Counted from the first letter of the stretch, positions 46,818-57,058 are shown. The stretch: 64,000 nt of DNA from a bacterium (GCA_037130015.1 JBAXTU010000002.1:1909-65908); one strand, 5' to 3'. Made by a program: numbers and translations. Notes: generated by a model from the sequence alone, not told the origin.

Positions 46818-47267
46818 ATGCAAAATAAAATAAAAAATCAAACTGGCTTTTCCATGGCCGAACTGGTAATAGTACTAGCTATCACCAGTATTATCGCGAC
46901 CATAAGCATTATGATTTATAAACAACTTGAGCCAAATCTTGATTTAGACGCCAACACCAGGCAAGTGGCTTCTGATCTGCGTTATGCCCAACAACTAACC
47001 GTCACCGAACAAGCAATTTATTCGGTACAATTTGATCAAAGCCACTACAGCATCATTAATACGGTTAGTGCAAAAACTATCTTAAGCAGAACTCTAAAAC
47101 AAAATATTACTCTACCAACTATTACCGGCTTTACCGATAATACAGTCAGGTTCACCCCGACTGGCGCGGCCATACAAAGCGGAATCATTTATTTAAAAAA
47201 TTCAAAAAATACCACCAGCAGTGTGGAAATAAAACCATCAGGCTATGTTGAAATCCATCAAAAATAA
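46818..47267 (+). CDS. prepilin-type N-terminal cleavage/methylation domain pilin
   Basis: GFSMAELVIVLAI class III signal (G/F...E5). Confidence 0.8.
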   Translation: MQNKIKNQTGFSMAELVIVLAITSIIATISIMIYKQLEPNLDLDANTRQVASDLRYAQQLTVTEQAIYSVQFDQSHYSIINTVSAKTILSRTLKQNITLPTITGFTDNTVRFTPTGAAIQSGIIYLKNSKNTTSSVEIKPSGYVEIHQK

Positions 47268-47685
47268 CAATTCTGGCATTACTATTCTTGAGGTGGCAGT
47301 GGCTTTAGCCGTCTTATTAATAGGCATTTTAGCCGTGGCTAAAATTTTTCCCTTGTCCATAAAAATAAACCAAGCCGCTGATCAAGGCACTGTGGCCATC
47401 AATCTGGCGCAAGCTGAAATGGAACAGGTTTTTGCTATGAGCTACGACAATATCCTGCCAGTTATTGAAGCCAAACACACTTTAGCATCCACCACTGACA
47501 ATCCTTTTTATTTTTATTCGCGTGAAGCCAAATCTGAATTTGTAAACATAGACACTGATGGCAATATGATAACACCAGCCACAGACACTGGACTAAAAAA
47601 AATCACGGTGAGCGTCTATTATAAAAACCAAGCCTCTAATGCTATTAAAAAAACAGACTTAATCATGCTAATAAGTAAAAAATGA
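47245..47685 (+). CDS. prepilin-type minor pilin
   Basis: SGITILEVAVALAVLLIGIL prepilin signal. Confidence 0.7.
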   Translation: MLKSIKNNNSGITILEVAVALAVLLIGILAVAKIFPLSIKINQAADQGTVAINLAQAEMEQVFAMSYDNILPVIEAKHTLASTTDNPFYFYSREAKSEFVNIDTDGNMITPATDTGLKKITVSVYYKNQASNAIKKTDLIMLISKK

Positions 47686-48263
47686 AAAAAATATCCAACA
47701 ACGCAGGCTTCACCCTACTGGAAACAATCATTGCCGTCACTTTGTCGTCTTTAATTTTTTTACTTATTGCCAACACTTATGATCTCAACCAAAAAATATA
47801 CAATAAAACAGATAACAAATCAGAAATCACCCAAAACGGCCGAGTAATTTTAGACAGACTTAGCCGTGAACTTCGTCAAACTCAATATTTAGTCACCGAA
47901 TTGCCAACCAATACTTCAAACCCAAATACTTTACCAGACGAAATTATGTTTCAAGATGGTCATGATACCAGTCAGATAAAATACATCCGCTATTATCTAG
48001 ACAATGGCAATATTAATCGCCAAATAATTGTTTACTACTTTCCAGCTGATCCTAATACTTTTGTCAGAATTAATGACACTGATCAACATGATCCACTTAA
48101 TCCAGCTTCGTCAACACCATTAGTTCAAGAAGATAAAATTATAGGCGAATATGTTTCAGACATTGAATTCTGGGGAAATAAACTAGTAAATATCAATCTT
48201 TATCTGTCCAAAAATAATGAAACAGAAATACTTAACACCGCAATCTATGGACGCAATCTCTAA
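47682..48263 (+). CDS. prepilin-type minor pilin
   Basis: AGFTLLETIIAVTL prepilin signal. Confidence 0.7.
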   Translation: MKKISNNAGFTLLETIIAVTLSSLIFLLIANTYDLNQKIYNKTDNKSEITQNGRVILDRLSRELRQTQYLVTELPTNTSNPNTLPDEIMFQDGHDTSQIKYIRYYLDNGNINRQIIVYYFPADPNTFVRINDTDQHDPLNPASSTPLVQEDKIIGEYVSDIEFWGNKLVNINLYLSKNNETEILNTAIYGRNL

Positions 48264-49518
48264 TCTATTCAAAAATAAACGTGGCTTTGTCCTACTCGCC
48301 TCAATTATGGTTATGTCACTAATGATGGCTTTGGCTTTGTATTTGACAGAATTTACCATTACAGAAATGAAAATTTCTTCCAGTCAGTCAGTAGCCACCC
48401 AAACCTACTATCTGGCCGAGAGCGCCATTGCCGAAGCAATTTGGAGAATTAAAAATGACTCTACTTGGAAAAATAATTTTGAAAATGATCCCAATTGGTC
48501 AATGACTTACACTCGCCATGATGCCTTATACCCAGGAGCTTCCTATACTATTAATATCCAAAATACTGGGGAAGCCCGCGGACAAATCATTGCTACCGGT
48601 TTTTTGCCCTTAGGCAAAAGCACAGCTCAAAGAGTGACCAAGGCCATTGTTTATAAAGCTCTGGGCACAAGTCTAATAAATGATGATGGCACCTATGCTG
48701 ACACTGGCATGGATGTTTATGGTAGCTATATTCATGTTCAAAATGGCAGTATTTTTGCCAATGGCAATATTGATGTCAGTTTTTGGACAACCTTACAATC
48801 TGATAATACTGTTGGCACAGCCCACAACCTCAATTCAAATTGGTTCTCAAATATTGTCGGCACAAAAATGGCCGCCAATAATACTCCGCCAAATCCTGCC
48901 ACTTCAACACCTATGCCAGCTATTTCTTTTGATAATTTAAGTGATCCAAATTCATATCTTAGTCAAGCCACAGCCCAAGAATTAGCCGATGGCCAAAAAC
49001 ATGTTTTTACAGCCACTGAATTTAGTAATTACATGTGGACCAATAAAAACCTAACAATCAATGGCATTACTTACGTTAAGGGTGATGTTAATATAACTGG
49101 TCCGCAAAGACTGACTATTAATGGAGTACTAATATCTGATGGCAGTATTACTGTTGGCAAAAATACTTGGTTTTGTTGTTGGAATGATTTTGATCGTTGC
49201 GGGCGGTCAGTGGTTATTATAAATCAACCAACAACCACATCTCCTTCCGGACTAGTCGCCAAAAGCAATGTTAATTTTGATTTATGTTTTAATACTTTTG
49301 ATTCAGAGGGATTAATTTATGCTAATAACCAAGTTAACATGCTTAGTCTGCCAGCGAGCTTTGCTGTTGAAGGTGCAGTAGCTGGACGCTACATGGTCTT
49401 TACTAGTTTATGGCAAGGAGTAAATATTCTTTTTAATAATGCCCTAGTTAATGCCACTTTGGGCAACCCAATGTATTCACCTGTCGTCACAGTAGACCAC
49501 TGGGAAGAAGAATATTAA
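48247..49518 (+). CDS. PilX-like large minor pilin
   Basis: KRGFVLLASIMVMSLMMALAL N-terminal hydrophobic segment; operon position. Confidence 0.55.
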   Translation: MDAISNLFKNKRGFVLLASIMVMSLMMALALYLTEFTITEMKISSSQSVATQTYYLAESAIAEAIWRIKNDSTWKNNFENDPNWSMTYTRHDALYPGASYTINIQNTGEARGQIIATGFLPLGKSTAQRVTKAIVYKALGTSLINDDGTYADTGMDVYGSYIHVQNGSIFANGNIDVSFWTTLQSDNTVGTAHNLNSNWFSNIVGTKMAANNTPPNPATSTPMPAISFDNLSDPNSYLSQATAQELADGQKHVFTATEFSNYMWTNKNLTINGITYVKGDVNITGPQRLTINGVLISDGSITVGKNTWFCCWNDFDRCGRSVVIINQPTTTSPSGLVAKSNVNFDLCFNTFDSEGLIYANNQVNMLSLPASFAVEGAVAGRYMVFTSLWQGVNILFNNALVNATLGNPMYSPVVTVDHWEEEY

Positions 49519-49563
49519 AAAATAAAACTAGCCCCTATTAATAAAATACTTTATAATTAGCAC

Positions 49564-50622
49564 ATGGGATTTTTATCAACAACAGAAAGCAGTTTTGGCT
49601 TGGATATTTCACAACGAGATATCCGCTTGGTTCAGTTGGCCAAACATGGCAAAAAAGTAGATATTCAACTTTATAGCGAACTACATTTACCAGTCGGATG
49701 TTTAGAAGCCGGGGAAATAAAAAACCCCAAGGTTTTTTTGGAATCCCTAAAAAAACTAATGCATACCAAACATGGCCGAGGACATCTAAGCGATGAAGTC
49801 ATTACTGTCTTACCTGAACAAAAAACTTTCATGAAAATTTTTGACTTGCCAAAAGAAAATATTTCTGTCAGGGAACAAATAGTAAAAATTCTACCCCAAC
49901 ATTTGCCTTTTGATCCAGAATCTATGTATTTTGATTTTCAAGTTATTAAGCGCGAACCAACCAGACGCACCGTACTCGTGGGCGCTTGCGCCAAAACCAT
50001 TGTTAATTCCTATTTTGAAATTCTTAATCAAGCCGGCTTATCAGTAGTGGCCATGGAGATTGAAGCCTCAGTCATTGATCGCTTGCTTATTGAATATAAT
50101 GACGAAAAAGATCCACAAATTATTATTGATTTTGGAGCCAATCGCAGTGGCTTGTTTCTTTATGATCAAGGTAGTATAAAATTCACAGTCAGTTTGCCGG
50201 TTTCAGGAATTAAAACCGATCAACTTATTGCTAGCACCCTTAGTTTAGATTTGGAAAAAGCCGAACAAGCCAAAATTGCCTGTGGCATGGATCCAGCCAA
50301 AGCTAATGGAGCTATTTGTGATATTTTAAATAAAATCGTTGAAGAAGTGGCCGTCAGCGTCACTCAAGCCATTAATTTTTATGACAATAATTTTCCAGAA
50401 CATCAGCGACCAGCAAAAATTGTACTCTGTGGCGGTGGTGCTAATATGTACAATATCAATCAAACTTTACAAAATAAAATAGGCTTGCCCACCATTATCA
50501 GTGATCCATGGAAAAACATCAAAAATCCTAATCCCAGTTATTTCACCCCGCAAAAATCACAATCATTCGTCACGGCCATGGGCCTGGCCTTGCGTGGTGC
50601 TAATTTAGAAAAATATTTATGA
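49564..50622 (+). CDS. pilM: type IV pilus assembly protein PilM (actin-like ATPase fold)
   Basis: 352 aa; FGLDISQRDIRLVQL start, FtsA/PilM-like. Confidence 0.85.
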   Translation: MGFLSTTESSFGLDISQRDIRLVQLAKHGKKVDIQLYSELHLPVGCLEAGEIKNPKVFLESLKKLMHTKHGRGHLSDEVITVLPEQKTFMKIFDLPKENISVREQIVKILPQHLPFDPESMYFDFQVIKREPTRRTVLVGACAKTIVNSYFEILNQAGLSVVAMEIEASVIDRLLIEYNDEKDPQIIIDFGANRSGLFLYDQGSIKFTVSLPVSGIKTDQLIASTLSLDLEKAEQAKIACGMDPAKANGAICDILNKIVEEVAVSVTQAINFYDNNFPEHQRPAKIVLCGGGANMYNINQTLQNKIGLPTIISDPWKNIKNPNPSYFTPQKSQSFVTAMGLALRGANLEKYL

Positions 50623-51167
50623 TAACTATCAATATTATGTCCCCAGAGCAAAGGGGCATGATTCGCAACAAAAGAATATACAGCACCATCAAAGAAATAA
50701 TAACTTTGTTTATTTTGTTTGCCTGCCTCATCTCTGTTTTTATGATTGTATCGCGTGATTTTTTACAAGAACAACTGCAAACACTTGTAGAACAAAACTC
50801 TTCAGATCCAACATCTTCACAAAAAATCGGCACTCGCATAGCTGTTTTAAACCGACAAATTTCTGATGCCACCAGTGTGCAGAAAGATTTTAAAAAATGG
50901 TCAGCTTTGATTTTGGCTATTAATACGGCTACTACCAAAAATATTGCTTATACTTCTTTTCACGCCTATGGCTCAAACCTGTCTGTAGAAATTAGCGGAA
51001 CCGCAACTACTAGGGATGATTTATTAAAATTAAAAGAATCTCTGACAGCCAGTGGTTTGTTTTTAAACATTGATTTGCCTCTTTCTGATCTTTTAGCCAA
51101 AGGCCAAAACAGCTTTCACATCAAGGCAACATTTGATAAGAAAAAACAATCAATCATCCAACCATGA
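50619..51167 (+). CDS. pilN: PilN-like bitopic assembly protein
   Basis: 182 aa; single N-terminal TM; operon position. Confidence 0.65.
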   Translation: MITINIMSPEQRGMIRNKRIYSTIKEIITLFILFACLISVFMIVSRDFLQEQLQTLVEQNSSDPTSSQKIGTRIAVLNRQISDATSVQKDFKKWSALILAINTATTKNIAYTSFHAYGSNLSVEISGTATTRDDLLKLKESLTASGLFLNIDLPLSDLLAKGQNSFHIKATFDKKKQSIIQP

Positions 51168-51697
51168 ATAAACAAATAATAAAATTTGCCATAAATGTTC
51201 TACTACTATTAGTAGTCTTATTGGGTTTGACTTTTGGTATTATTGTGCCGTCATTCAATGCTATTATAAATGATAGTAAAAAAGTTAGTATTGAACGCTT
51301 AGCTTTGGAAAAAAAAATAGCAGCCAATAGCGATATTAAAAAAACCAAGGCTCAACTAGAAGAAGTTGAAAAACAAATCAACCAATTGGACAAAATCTAT
51401 ATCATCAAAAATCACGAGCTTGAATTTATTAACTATCTTGATAATCTATCAACTAAAAATGGCATTACAGCCAGTTTTAACCCTGATTTTACAATAGCCA
51501 ATAATGCCAAAAAAAATATCCAAACCATACCGCTCAGAATTAATGCTAGTGGCGATTATGCAAAATTAATGCTTTGGCTCCAAAGCATAGAAGCTATGCC
51601 CTATTATTTTAATATTGATGAAATCAACTTTTCTAATCAGGCAACTGATGCTAATTTACAAAATATACAATTGGCTGGCCGTGTTTATTTAAAATAA
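51164..51697 (+). CDS. pilO: PilO-like bitopic assembly protein
   Basis: 177 aa; N-terminal TM + coiled coil. Confidence 0.6.
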   Translation: MNKQIIKFAINVLLLLVVLLGLTFGIIVPSFNAIINDSKKVSIERLALEKKIAANSDIKKTKAQLEEVEKQINQLDKIYIIKNHELEFINYLDNLSTKNGITASFNPDFTIANNAKKNIQTIPLRINASGDYAKLMLWLQSIEAMPYYFNIDEINFSNQATDANLQNIQLAGRVYLK

Positions 51698-51701
51698 TAA
51701 T

Positions 51702-52040
51702 ATGATAAAAGAAGATAAAAAAATCCAACAACTTGAAGAGCAACAAGAAGGCAAGACCAAGATTAATTATTTTAAAATTTTAAAATTAATTTATCCTTTG
51801 GCTTTACTGGCAGTTTCAGGTGGCCTGATCTTTACGGTTTGGTTTATGTACTCCAATTTTTATAAAACTATGACCGAAACTCAGACAGTCACCACCCTAC
51901 AAAAAGAATTAATGCAAAATATTTTAAATAAAGACGGTTTTGATGCTTTAATAAAATCTATGCAAAATAAAACCACGGCCAAATCAATAACACCTAACAA
52001 AAATACTTTTACTCCCCTACCAGCGCCAAAAGTGAAATAA
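51702..52040 (+). CDS. small single-TM protein at end of pilus operon
   Basis: 112 aa; TM LIYPLALLAVSGGLIFTVWFMY. Confidence 0.45.
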   Translation: MIKEDKKIQQLEEQQEGKTKINYFKILKLIYPLALLAVSGGLIFTVWFMYSNFYKTMTETQTVTTLQKELMQNILNKDGFDALIKSMQNKTTAKSITPNKNTFTPLPAPKVK

Positions 52041-52059
52041 AAAATATTATAAAACAAAA

Positions 52060-52132
52060 AAGAGATGTAATAAACTTGCATCTCTTTTTTAGCGCGTAGA
52101 GACGCATTGCAATGCGTCTCTACATTTTATTG
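52060..52132. terminator. tandem hairpins: 8-bp stem terminator plus perfect 28-nt palindrome GTAGAGACGCATTGCAATGCGTCTCTAC, bidirectional (pil operon / iscS)
   Basis: read directly; T-runs on both sides. Confidence 0.6.
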
Positions 52133-53326
52133 TAATGGTGACATTTTCCTCAGCCGTTCAATAATTGGTGGCAATTTTTTTATAATAATATCAATATCTT
52201 TTTTAGTATTAAACCTGCCAATGGAAACACGAATACTTCCATGAGCCAATTCAGGCTTGACACCCATAGCCACCAGTACATGGCTGGGAGCTAGTGAACC
52301 AGAAGAACAAGCTGAGCCAGTGGACACGGCAATGCCAGTATTTGAAAGCATTAATAAAATACTCTCCCCTTCTGCTCCGGCAAAAATAAAACTAGCATTG
52401 CCAGGCAAACGATTTTTTATATCACCTGTCACTATAGTGCGAGGTATTTTATTTTTTATTTCTTTAACTAAATAATCTCTCAGCTGTTTAATTTTTTTGA
52501 CTTCCAGATTTATTACTTTTTTATTCAACAATAATTCTACGGCCCGACCCAAACCCACAATCCCGGCCACATTATAAGTGCCTGAACGTTTATTATTCTG
52601 TTGGCCACCGCCAAGCATTATCGGTTCAATGGGCGTGCCATTTTTTATATATAAAATGCCAACTCCCTTGGGACCATAAATTTTATGAGCAGAAAGAGAT
52701 AATAAATCAACTCCCAATTTTTCAACATTACAATCAAGACAAGCAACTGCTTGCGTGGCATCAGTATGAAAATAAATTTTATTTTTTCTCTTTTTATTTT
52801 CTTCTTTAATAATTTTTCCAATTTCTTTTATTGGCTGGACAGTTCCTATTTCGTTATTGGCATACATAATAGAAACCAAAATTGTATTGGACTTTATGGC
52901 CTGACTTACTTTTTTAACATCAACCAAACCGTTTTTATCAACTGCTAAAAAAGTCACTTCCACACCTTCACGCTGGAGCTCCTTGGCTGGCGCCAAAATT
53001 GCATCATGCTCTATTTGGGAAATAATTATATGAGGTTTAAAGTCATTTTTTTGCCTTTTAAAAGCCCTTGTAAGGCCCAAAATAGCCCAATTGTCGCTTT
53101 CTGTAGCGCCAGACGTGAAATATACCTCTTTTGCCTGGCAACGAAGAAAATCAGCAATTTTAGCTTGTGCTTCATCCACAGCTTGGCGGGCTTTTAAGCC
53201 ACCAAAGTGAAGTGAGGAAGCATTGCCAAAAAATTCAAAAAAGTATGGTTCCATGGTTTTTTTAACCTTTGGATCAATTTTTGTGGTAGCTGCATTATCA
53301 AGATAAATCATATTTATAAATGTCAT
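52127..53326 (-). CDS. iscS: cysteine desulfurase IscS/NifS
   Basis: 399 aa; PLP-lysine SAHKIYGPKGVG; active-site STGSACSSGS. Confidence 0.92.
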   Translation of the reverse strand: MTFINMIYLDNAATTKIDPKVKKTMEPYFFEFFGNASSLHFGGLKARQAVDEAQAKIADFLRCQAKEVYFTSGATESDNWAILGLTRAFKRQKNDFKPHIIISQIEHDAILAPAKELQREGVEVTFLAVDKNGLVDVKKVSQAIKSNTILVSIMYANNEIGTVQPIKEIGKIIKEENKKRKNKIYFHTDATQAVACLDCNVEKLGVDLLSLSAHKIYGPKGVGILYIKNGTPIEPIMLGGGQQNNKRSGTYNVAGIVGLGRAVELLLNKKVINLEVKKIKQLRDYLVKEIKNKIPRTIVTGDIKNRLPGNASFIFAGAEGESILLMLSNTGIAVSTGSACSSGSLAPSHVLVAMGVKPELAHGSIRVSIGRFNTKKDIDIIIKKLPPIIERLRKMSPLQ

Positions 53327-53350
53327 CCCGGGCTTGACCCGGGATCCCGC
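53321..53350. repeat. GC-rich hairpin element GTCATCCCGGGCTTGACCCGGGATCCCGCG at the iscS start
   Basis: 7-bp stem cccggg(a); shares GTCATCCCG and CGGGATCCC with the element at 62914..63028. Confidence 0.4.
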
Positions 53351-53365
53351 GTTTAACAGGTTATA

Positions 53366-53761
53366 TTATTTTTTTAATTTTTTATTTTTTGACCGATAAT
53401 CTTTAATAGCCTCTCCCAAGCCTTCATGTGCCAAAACCGAACAATGCATTTTGACCGCTGGTAATCCGCCAAGTTCTTCAGCAATTTGCAACTTGCCGAT
53501 TTTTTCAGCTTCGGCTATGGTTTTACCTTTGGCCATTTCCGTGAGCATGGACGAGGTGGCAATAGCAGCGCCACAACCCAAAGTTTGAAATTTAATGTCT
53601 TTAATTATCTCCTCCCCTTTTTTATTTTTAGAGACAGAGATAAAAATTCTCATCATATCACCGCAAGTAGGATTGCCCACCAACCCCACACCATCGGCGT
53701 TTTTTATTTCACCCTGATTACTGGGATTACTAAAATGTTTTAACACTTTTTCGTTATACAT
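53366..53761 (-). CDS. nifU: Fe-S cluster scaffold NifU/IscU-like
   Basis: 131 aa; NPTCGDMMRIF and LGCGAAIATSS motifs. Confidence 0.88.
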   Translation of the reverse strand: MYNEKVLKHFSNPSNQGEIKNADGVGLVGNPTCGDMMRIFISVSKNKKGEEIIKDIKFQTLGCGAAIATSSMLTEMAKGKTIAEAEKIGKLQIAEELGGLPAVKMHCSVLAHEGLGEAIKDYRSKNKKLKK

Positions 53762-53778
53762 ATATTTATTATTATTTT

Positions 53779-54180
53779 TTAAACTAAATCAGCCAAAGAA
53801 AATTTCCTGAGCGTTTTAATAATATTTTTTTGCAATTCTTCCCAAACTTTTTTGGTGAGACACCCCTTGACTGAACAAGCAATTTTGTTACTTTCTTTAG
53901 AGACACAATAAAATACAGCCATGGGGCCATCAAGAGCTTCAACGATTTCAAAAATATTTATCTTTTTAGCTGGTCTATACAGTACATAACCGCCAGTAGA
54001 TCCTTTGGAACTTTTCACTAAATTGTTGCTTTTTAATTTGGCAAATAATTGTTCCAAATAGGCTTGAGAAATATGGGTAGCTTTGGCGATTTGTGTGAGC
54101 GATAATGGCTGACTATCTTTATTTTTAGCCAGCATCACCATGGCCCGCAAACCATACTCGGTTTTGGTGGTGAACATCAT
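53779..54180 (-). CDS. iscR: Rrf2-family transcriptional regulator (IscR-like)
   Basis: 133 aa; TKTEYGLRAMVMLA...SQAYLEQLFAKL Rrf2 HTH. Confidence 0.85.
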   Translation of the reverse strand: MMFTTKTEYGLRAMVMLAKNKDSQPLSLTQIAKATHISQAYLEQLFAKLKSNNLVKSSKGSTGGYVLYRPAKKINIFEIVEALDGPMAVFYCVSKESNKIACSVKGCLTKKVWEELQKNIIKTLRKFSLADLV

Positions 54181-54241
54181 ATAATTACTATTATTATTTA
54201 ATACCTACAAGATTAGTTGGTTATATCTTTATCATAACAAA

Positions 54242-54264
54242 CAAAAAAAGTCCTGTCAAGGACT
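54242..54264 (-). terminator. intrinsic terminator downstream of lipoprotein gene
   Basis: minus: agtcct-tgac-aggact + TTTTTTTG. Confidence 0.5.
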
Positions 54265-54333
54265 TTTAAACCCCTGCCTACCGGCCAGGCAGACTCCCTT
54301 TACGAAAGAGAGGTGCCCAAAGGGCGGAGGGTT

Positions 54334-54954
54334 TTAACAAGGATTATTATGAGTTTCTTGTCTAGTGATAGTATCATCAATACGATCAGCAATAATATTG
54401 ACTTGGCCTTCGTATGCCTTTTGTACGCAACACTGACCATCACGAAAATTAAACTGATACTTTCCGCCAGCCAATTCAACTAATTGAATTCCACTAATCT
54501 GACTTATCTTATTATAAATATCAAGTCCGCTAGTCAGATTGTATTTCATTTTTATTAATTTCCAAAGGTCAGGATTACGTCTCTCCATACCAGCAATAGA
54601 TACATCAGCTATTGGAACTGGCAAACCATAACAAACTCCAGGATTATATTTATCAACCAAATATAATTTTACTTTCAATTCATTAGTGACAACAAAAGAA
54701 GGTTGGCTGGCGACTAAGTCAACTTCTCCGGCCGGCGCAGGCGCACTAGTCGGATAAAACTTTTTAACAGGCTTGACTTGACTATTGGTAGCTGGCGGAG
54801 GCGTGGGTGTGGCCACTGAACCATTAATTAAACCAACTGGTGTGTTATCCACATTAACGTCTGGCACATTAGTAGGCGGAGCGACTGGTTTGGCACTACA
54901 ACCAGCCAAAACCGTCATAGAAATAATAAGCAAAAATAGGGCTATTTTTTTCAT
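54334..54954 (-). CDS. hypothetical lipoprotein
   Basis: 206 aa; lipobox LAGC; Pro/Thr-rich linker. Confidence 0.55.
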   Translation of the reverse strand: MKKIALFLLIISMTVLAGCSAKPVAPPTNVPDVNVDNTPVGLINGSVATPTPPPATNSQVKPVKKFYPTSAPAPAGEVDLVASQPSFVVTNELKVKLYLVDKYNPGVCYGLPVPIADVSIAGMERRNPDLWKLIKMKYNLTSGLDIYNKISQISGIQLVELAGGKYQFNFRDGQCCVQKAYEGQVNIIADRIDDTITRQETHNNPC

Positions 54955-55068
54955 AATAATTAATGATTAGTTATGCTTTAATTATAGCAAAACCAAGTGC
55001 CCTTGACTAATATTTCAAAATCAGTTAAAATATCTTTGTTATCAATATTAATAATATCTCTAAATATG

Positions 55069-55338
55069 GCGCATAAAAAAGCAGGCGGTAGTACTAGGCT
55101 GGGCCGCGATTCCAATGCTCAACGCTTGGGTGTCAAACTCTATGGCAGTGAAAAAGCCAAAAGTGGCGACATTATCATTCGCCAACGAGGTACCAGATAT
55201 AGAGCAGGTGAAAATACCAAAGTTGGCAAAGATGACACTATTTTTGCCACCTCGGCCGGTGTGGTCAGCTTCAACAAAAAGAAAGTCAAAAAATTTACCG
55301 GCAAGTTAGAATACGCTCAGATAGTAAACGTAAAATAA
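55069..55338 (+). CDS. rpmA: 50S ribosomal protein L27
   Basis: [27 protein letters not shown]...; internal ATG preferred over longer track ORF. Confidence 0.9.
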   Translation, partial: AHKKAGGSTRLGRDSNAQRLGVKLYGSEKAKSGDIIIRQRGTRYRAGENTKVGKDDTIFATSAGVVSFNKKKVKKFTGKLEYAQIVNVK

Positions 55339-55354
55339 ACTTATCTCTTTTCAA

Positions 55355-55388
55355 AACAACCCTTCAAATTGAAGGGTTGTTTTTATTT
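55355..55388 (+). terminator. intrinsic terminator
   Basis: aacaacccttc-aaatt-gaagggttgtt + TTTTATTT. Confidence 0.6.
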
Positions 55389-57020
55389 CTATCTTTTCAA
55401 CCCCGCTTCAATCAATCCTACAAACAAGGGATGACCTTGAGGCGGACGTGATTTGAGTTCCGGATGGAATTGCACGCCCACAAAAAACGGGTGCATGGAT
55501 TTTGGCAGTTCAATAATTTCTACTAATTTTTTGTCAGGACTAGTGCCGGCAAAAACCAAACCTTTATTTTGCATCACGTCTCTAAAATCATTATTAAATT
55601 CATAACGATGGCGATGGCGTTCGGAAATTTTGCTGGTGCCATAAAGTTTTGCCACCATGGATTTTGGTTCTAACACACAAGGATAAGCGCCCAGTCGCAT
55701 GGTGTTGCCATATTGTTTTTTGGATAACTTTTCAGCTTGCTCCGGCATAATATGAATGACCGGATTTTTAGTATTGGGATTTATTTCGGTTGTATGTGCA
55801 TCTTTCAAACCACAAACATTTCTAGCAAATTCAATTGTTGCCAGTTGCATGCCATAACACAATCCCAAATATGGAATTTTATTTTCTCTGGCATATTTAA
55901 TGGCTGAAATTTTGCCCTCTATTCCCCGACTGCCAAAACCTCCCGGCACCACCAAACAATCAAATTTTTTAAGTTCTTTTAATTTATTTTTGTCTTTTTC
56001 ATAAGCGTCAGAATTGATCCAGGAAATCTCAGGCTTGACGCCATTTTTCCAAGAGGCGTGTTTGATTGATTCAATGACTGAGATATAAGCATCCGACAGG
56101 ATAAAATCGCCACTGGCAAAATATTTTCCTACAATACCTACTTTGACTTTTTTCTTGGCATGTTTGGATGTATCTATCATTTTTTTCCAAGCAGTCCAAT
56201 TTTTCGGTTTGGCTTTCAAACCAAAACGCTTCATGATTTTTTCGCCCAATTTTTCTTTGACAAAATTAAGTGGCACTTCATAAATAATATCAATGTCCGG
56301 AGCGGAAATAATATCATCTTTGTGCACATTACAAAACAAAGCAATTTTTTCTTTGCGTGGGCCATCCACTGGGCACTCAGCACGACACAAAACAAAATCC
56401 GGCTGAATACCGACCGAGTTCAATTCTTTGGCTGCCATTTGGGTGGGTTTGGTTTTCATTTCGCCGATTTTTGACGGGATTGGCAAATACGATACCAACA
56501 CAAACAGCACGTCATTTTTTTCATCCAAATGCATCATTCTAGCTGCTTCCAAATACAAAACATTTTGATATTCTCCGACTGTTCCGCCCACTTCAATGAT
56601 TGTCACATCAGCCTTGGCTTTGGCCGTGGCTTTTTTGATACGATTGATAACTTCATAGGGAATATGAGGCACGGCTTCCACACATTTACCGCCGTATTCC
56701 AAATTACGTTCGCGATTAATGACTGACTGATACACACGACCAGTGGTCATATAATTGTCGCGATAGATATTGGTGTCCAAAAATCTTTCATAGTTGCCGA
56801 TATCTTGATCGGTTTCGTCGCCATCGTCGGTGACAAACACTTCGCCGTGCTCCACTGGATTCATAGTTCCAGCATCCACATTAAGATAAGGATCGATTTT
56901 GACAGCTGTCACGCTCACGCCTTGATTCTGCAAAATTTTGCCGATACTGGCAGCCACAATACCTTTGCCAACTCCGGACATCACTCCGCCGATGACAAAA
57001 ATAAATTTGTTTTTGGACAT
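55389..57020 (-). CDS. pyrG: CTP synthase PyrG
   Basis: 543 aa; IFVIGGVMSGVGKGI N-terminus; glutamine amidotransferase LGLCYGMQ. Confidence 0.97.
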   Translation of the reverse strand: MSKNKFIFVIGGVMSGVGKGIVAASIGKILQNQGVSVTAVKIDPYLNVDAGTMNPVEHGEVFVTDDGDETDQDIGNYERFLDTNIYRDNYMTTGRVYQSVINRERNLEYGGKCVEAVPHIPYEVINRIKKATAKAKADVTIIEVGGTVGEYQNVLYLEAARMMHLDEKNDVLFVLVSYLPIPSKIGEMKTKPTQMAAKELNSVGIQPDFVLCRAECPVDGPRKEKIALFCNVHKDDIISAPDIDIIYEVPLNFVKEKLGEKIMKRFGLKAKPKNWTAWKKMIDTSKHAKKKVKVGIVGKYFASGDFILSDAYISVIESIKHASWKNGVKPEISWINSDAYEKDKNKLKELKKFDCLVVPGGFGSRGIEGKISAIKYARENKIPYLGLCYGMQLATIEFARNVCGLKDAHTTEINPNTKNPVIHIMPEQAEKLSKKQYGNTMRLGAYPCVLEPKSMVAKLYGTSKISERHRHRYEFNNDFRDVMQNKGLVFAGTSPDKKLVEIIELPKSMHPFFVGVQFHPELKSRPPQGHPLFVGLIEAGLKR

Positions 57021-57039
57021 AAGTTTTTTATATTATTTT

Positions 57040-57058
57040 AATTCGCCAGTTGGCAAAT
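57040..57058. promoter_or_regulatory. 19-nt motif AATTCGCCAGTTGGCAAAT upstream of pyrG (second copy)
   Basis: 18 of 19 identical to 43947..43965. Confidence 0.3.

Noticed and set aside
54276-54333. GC-rich segment (ctgcctaccggccaggcag...) considered as a possible tRNA or small RNA
   Set aside because: No T-loop (GTTCRANYC) or acceptor/anticodon arrangement could be found. Only short hairpins are present. It is left as unexplained 3' UTR structure of the lipoprotein gene.
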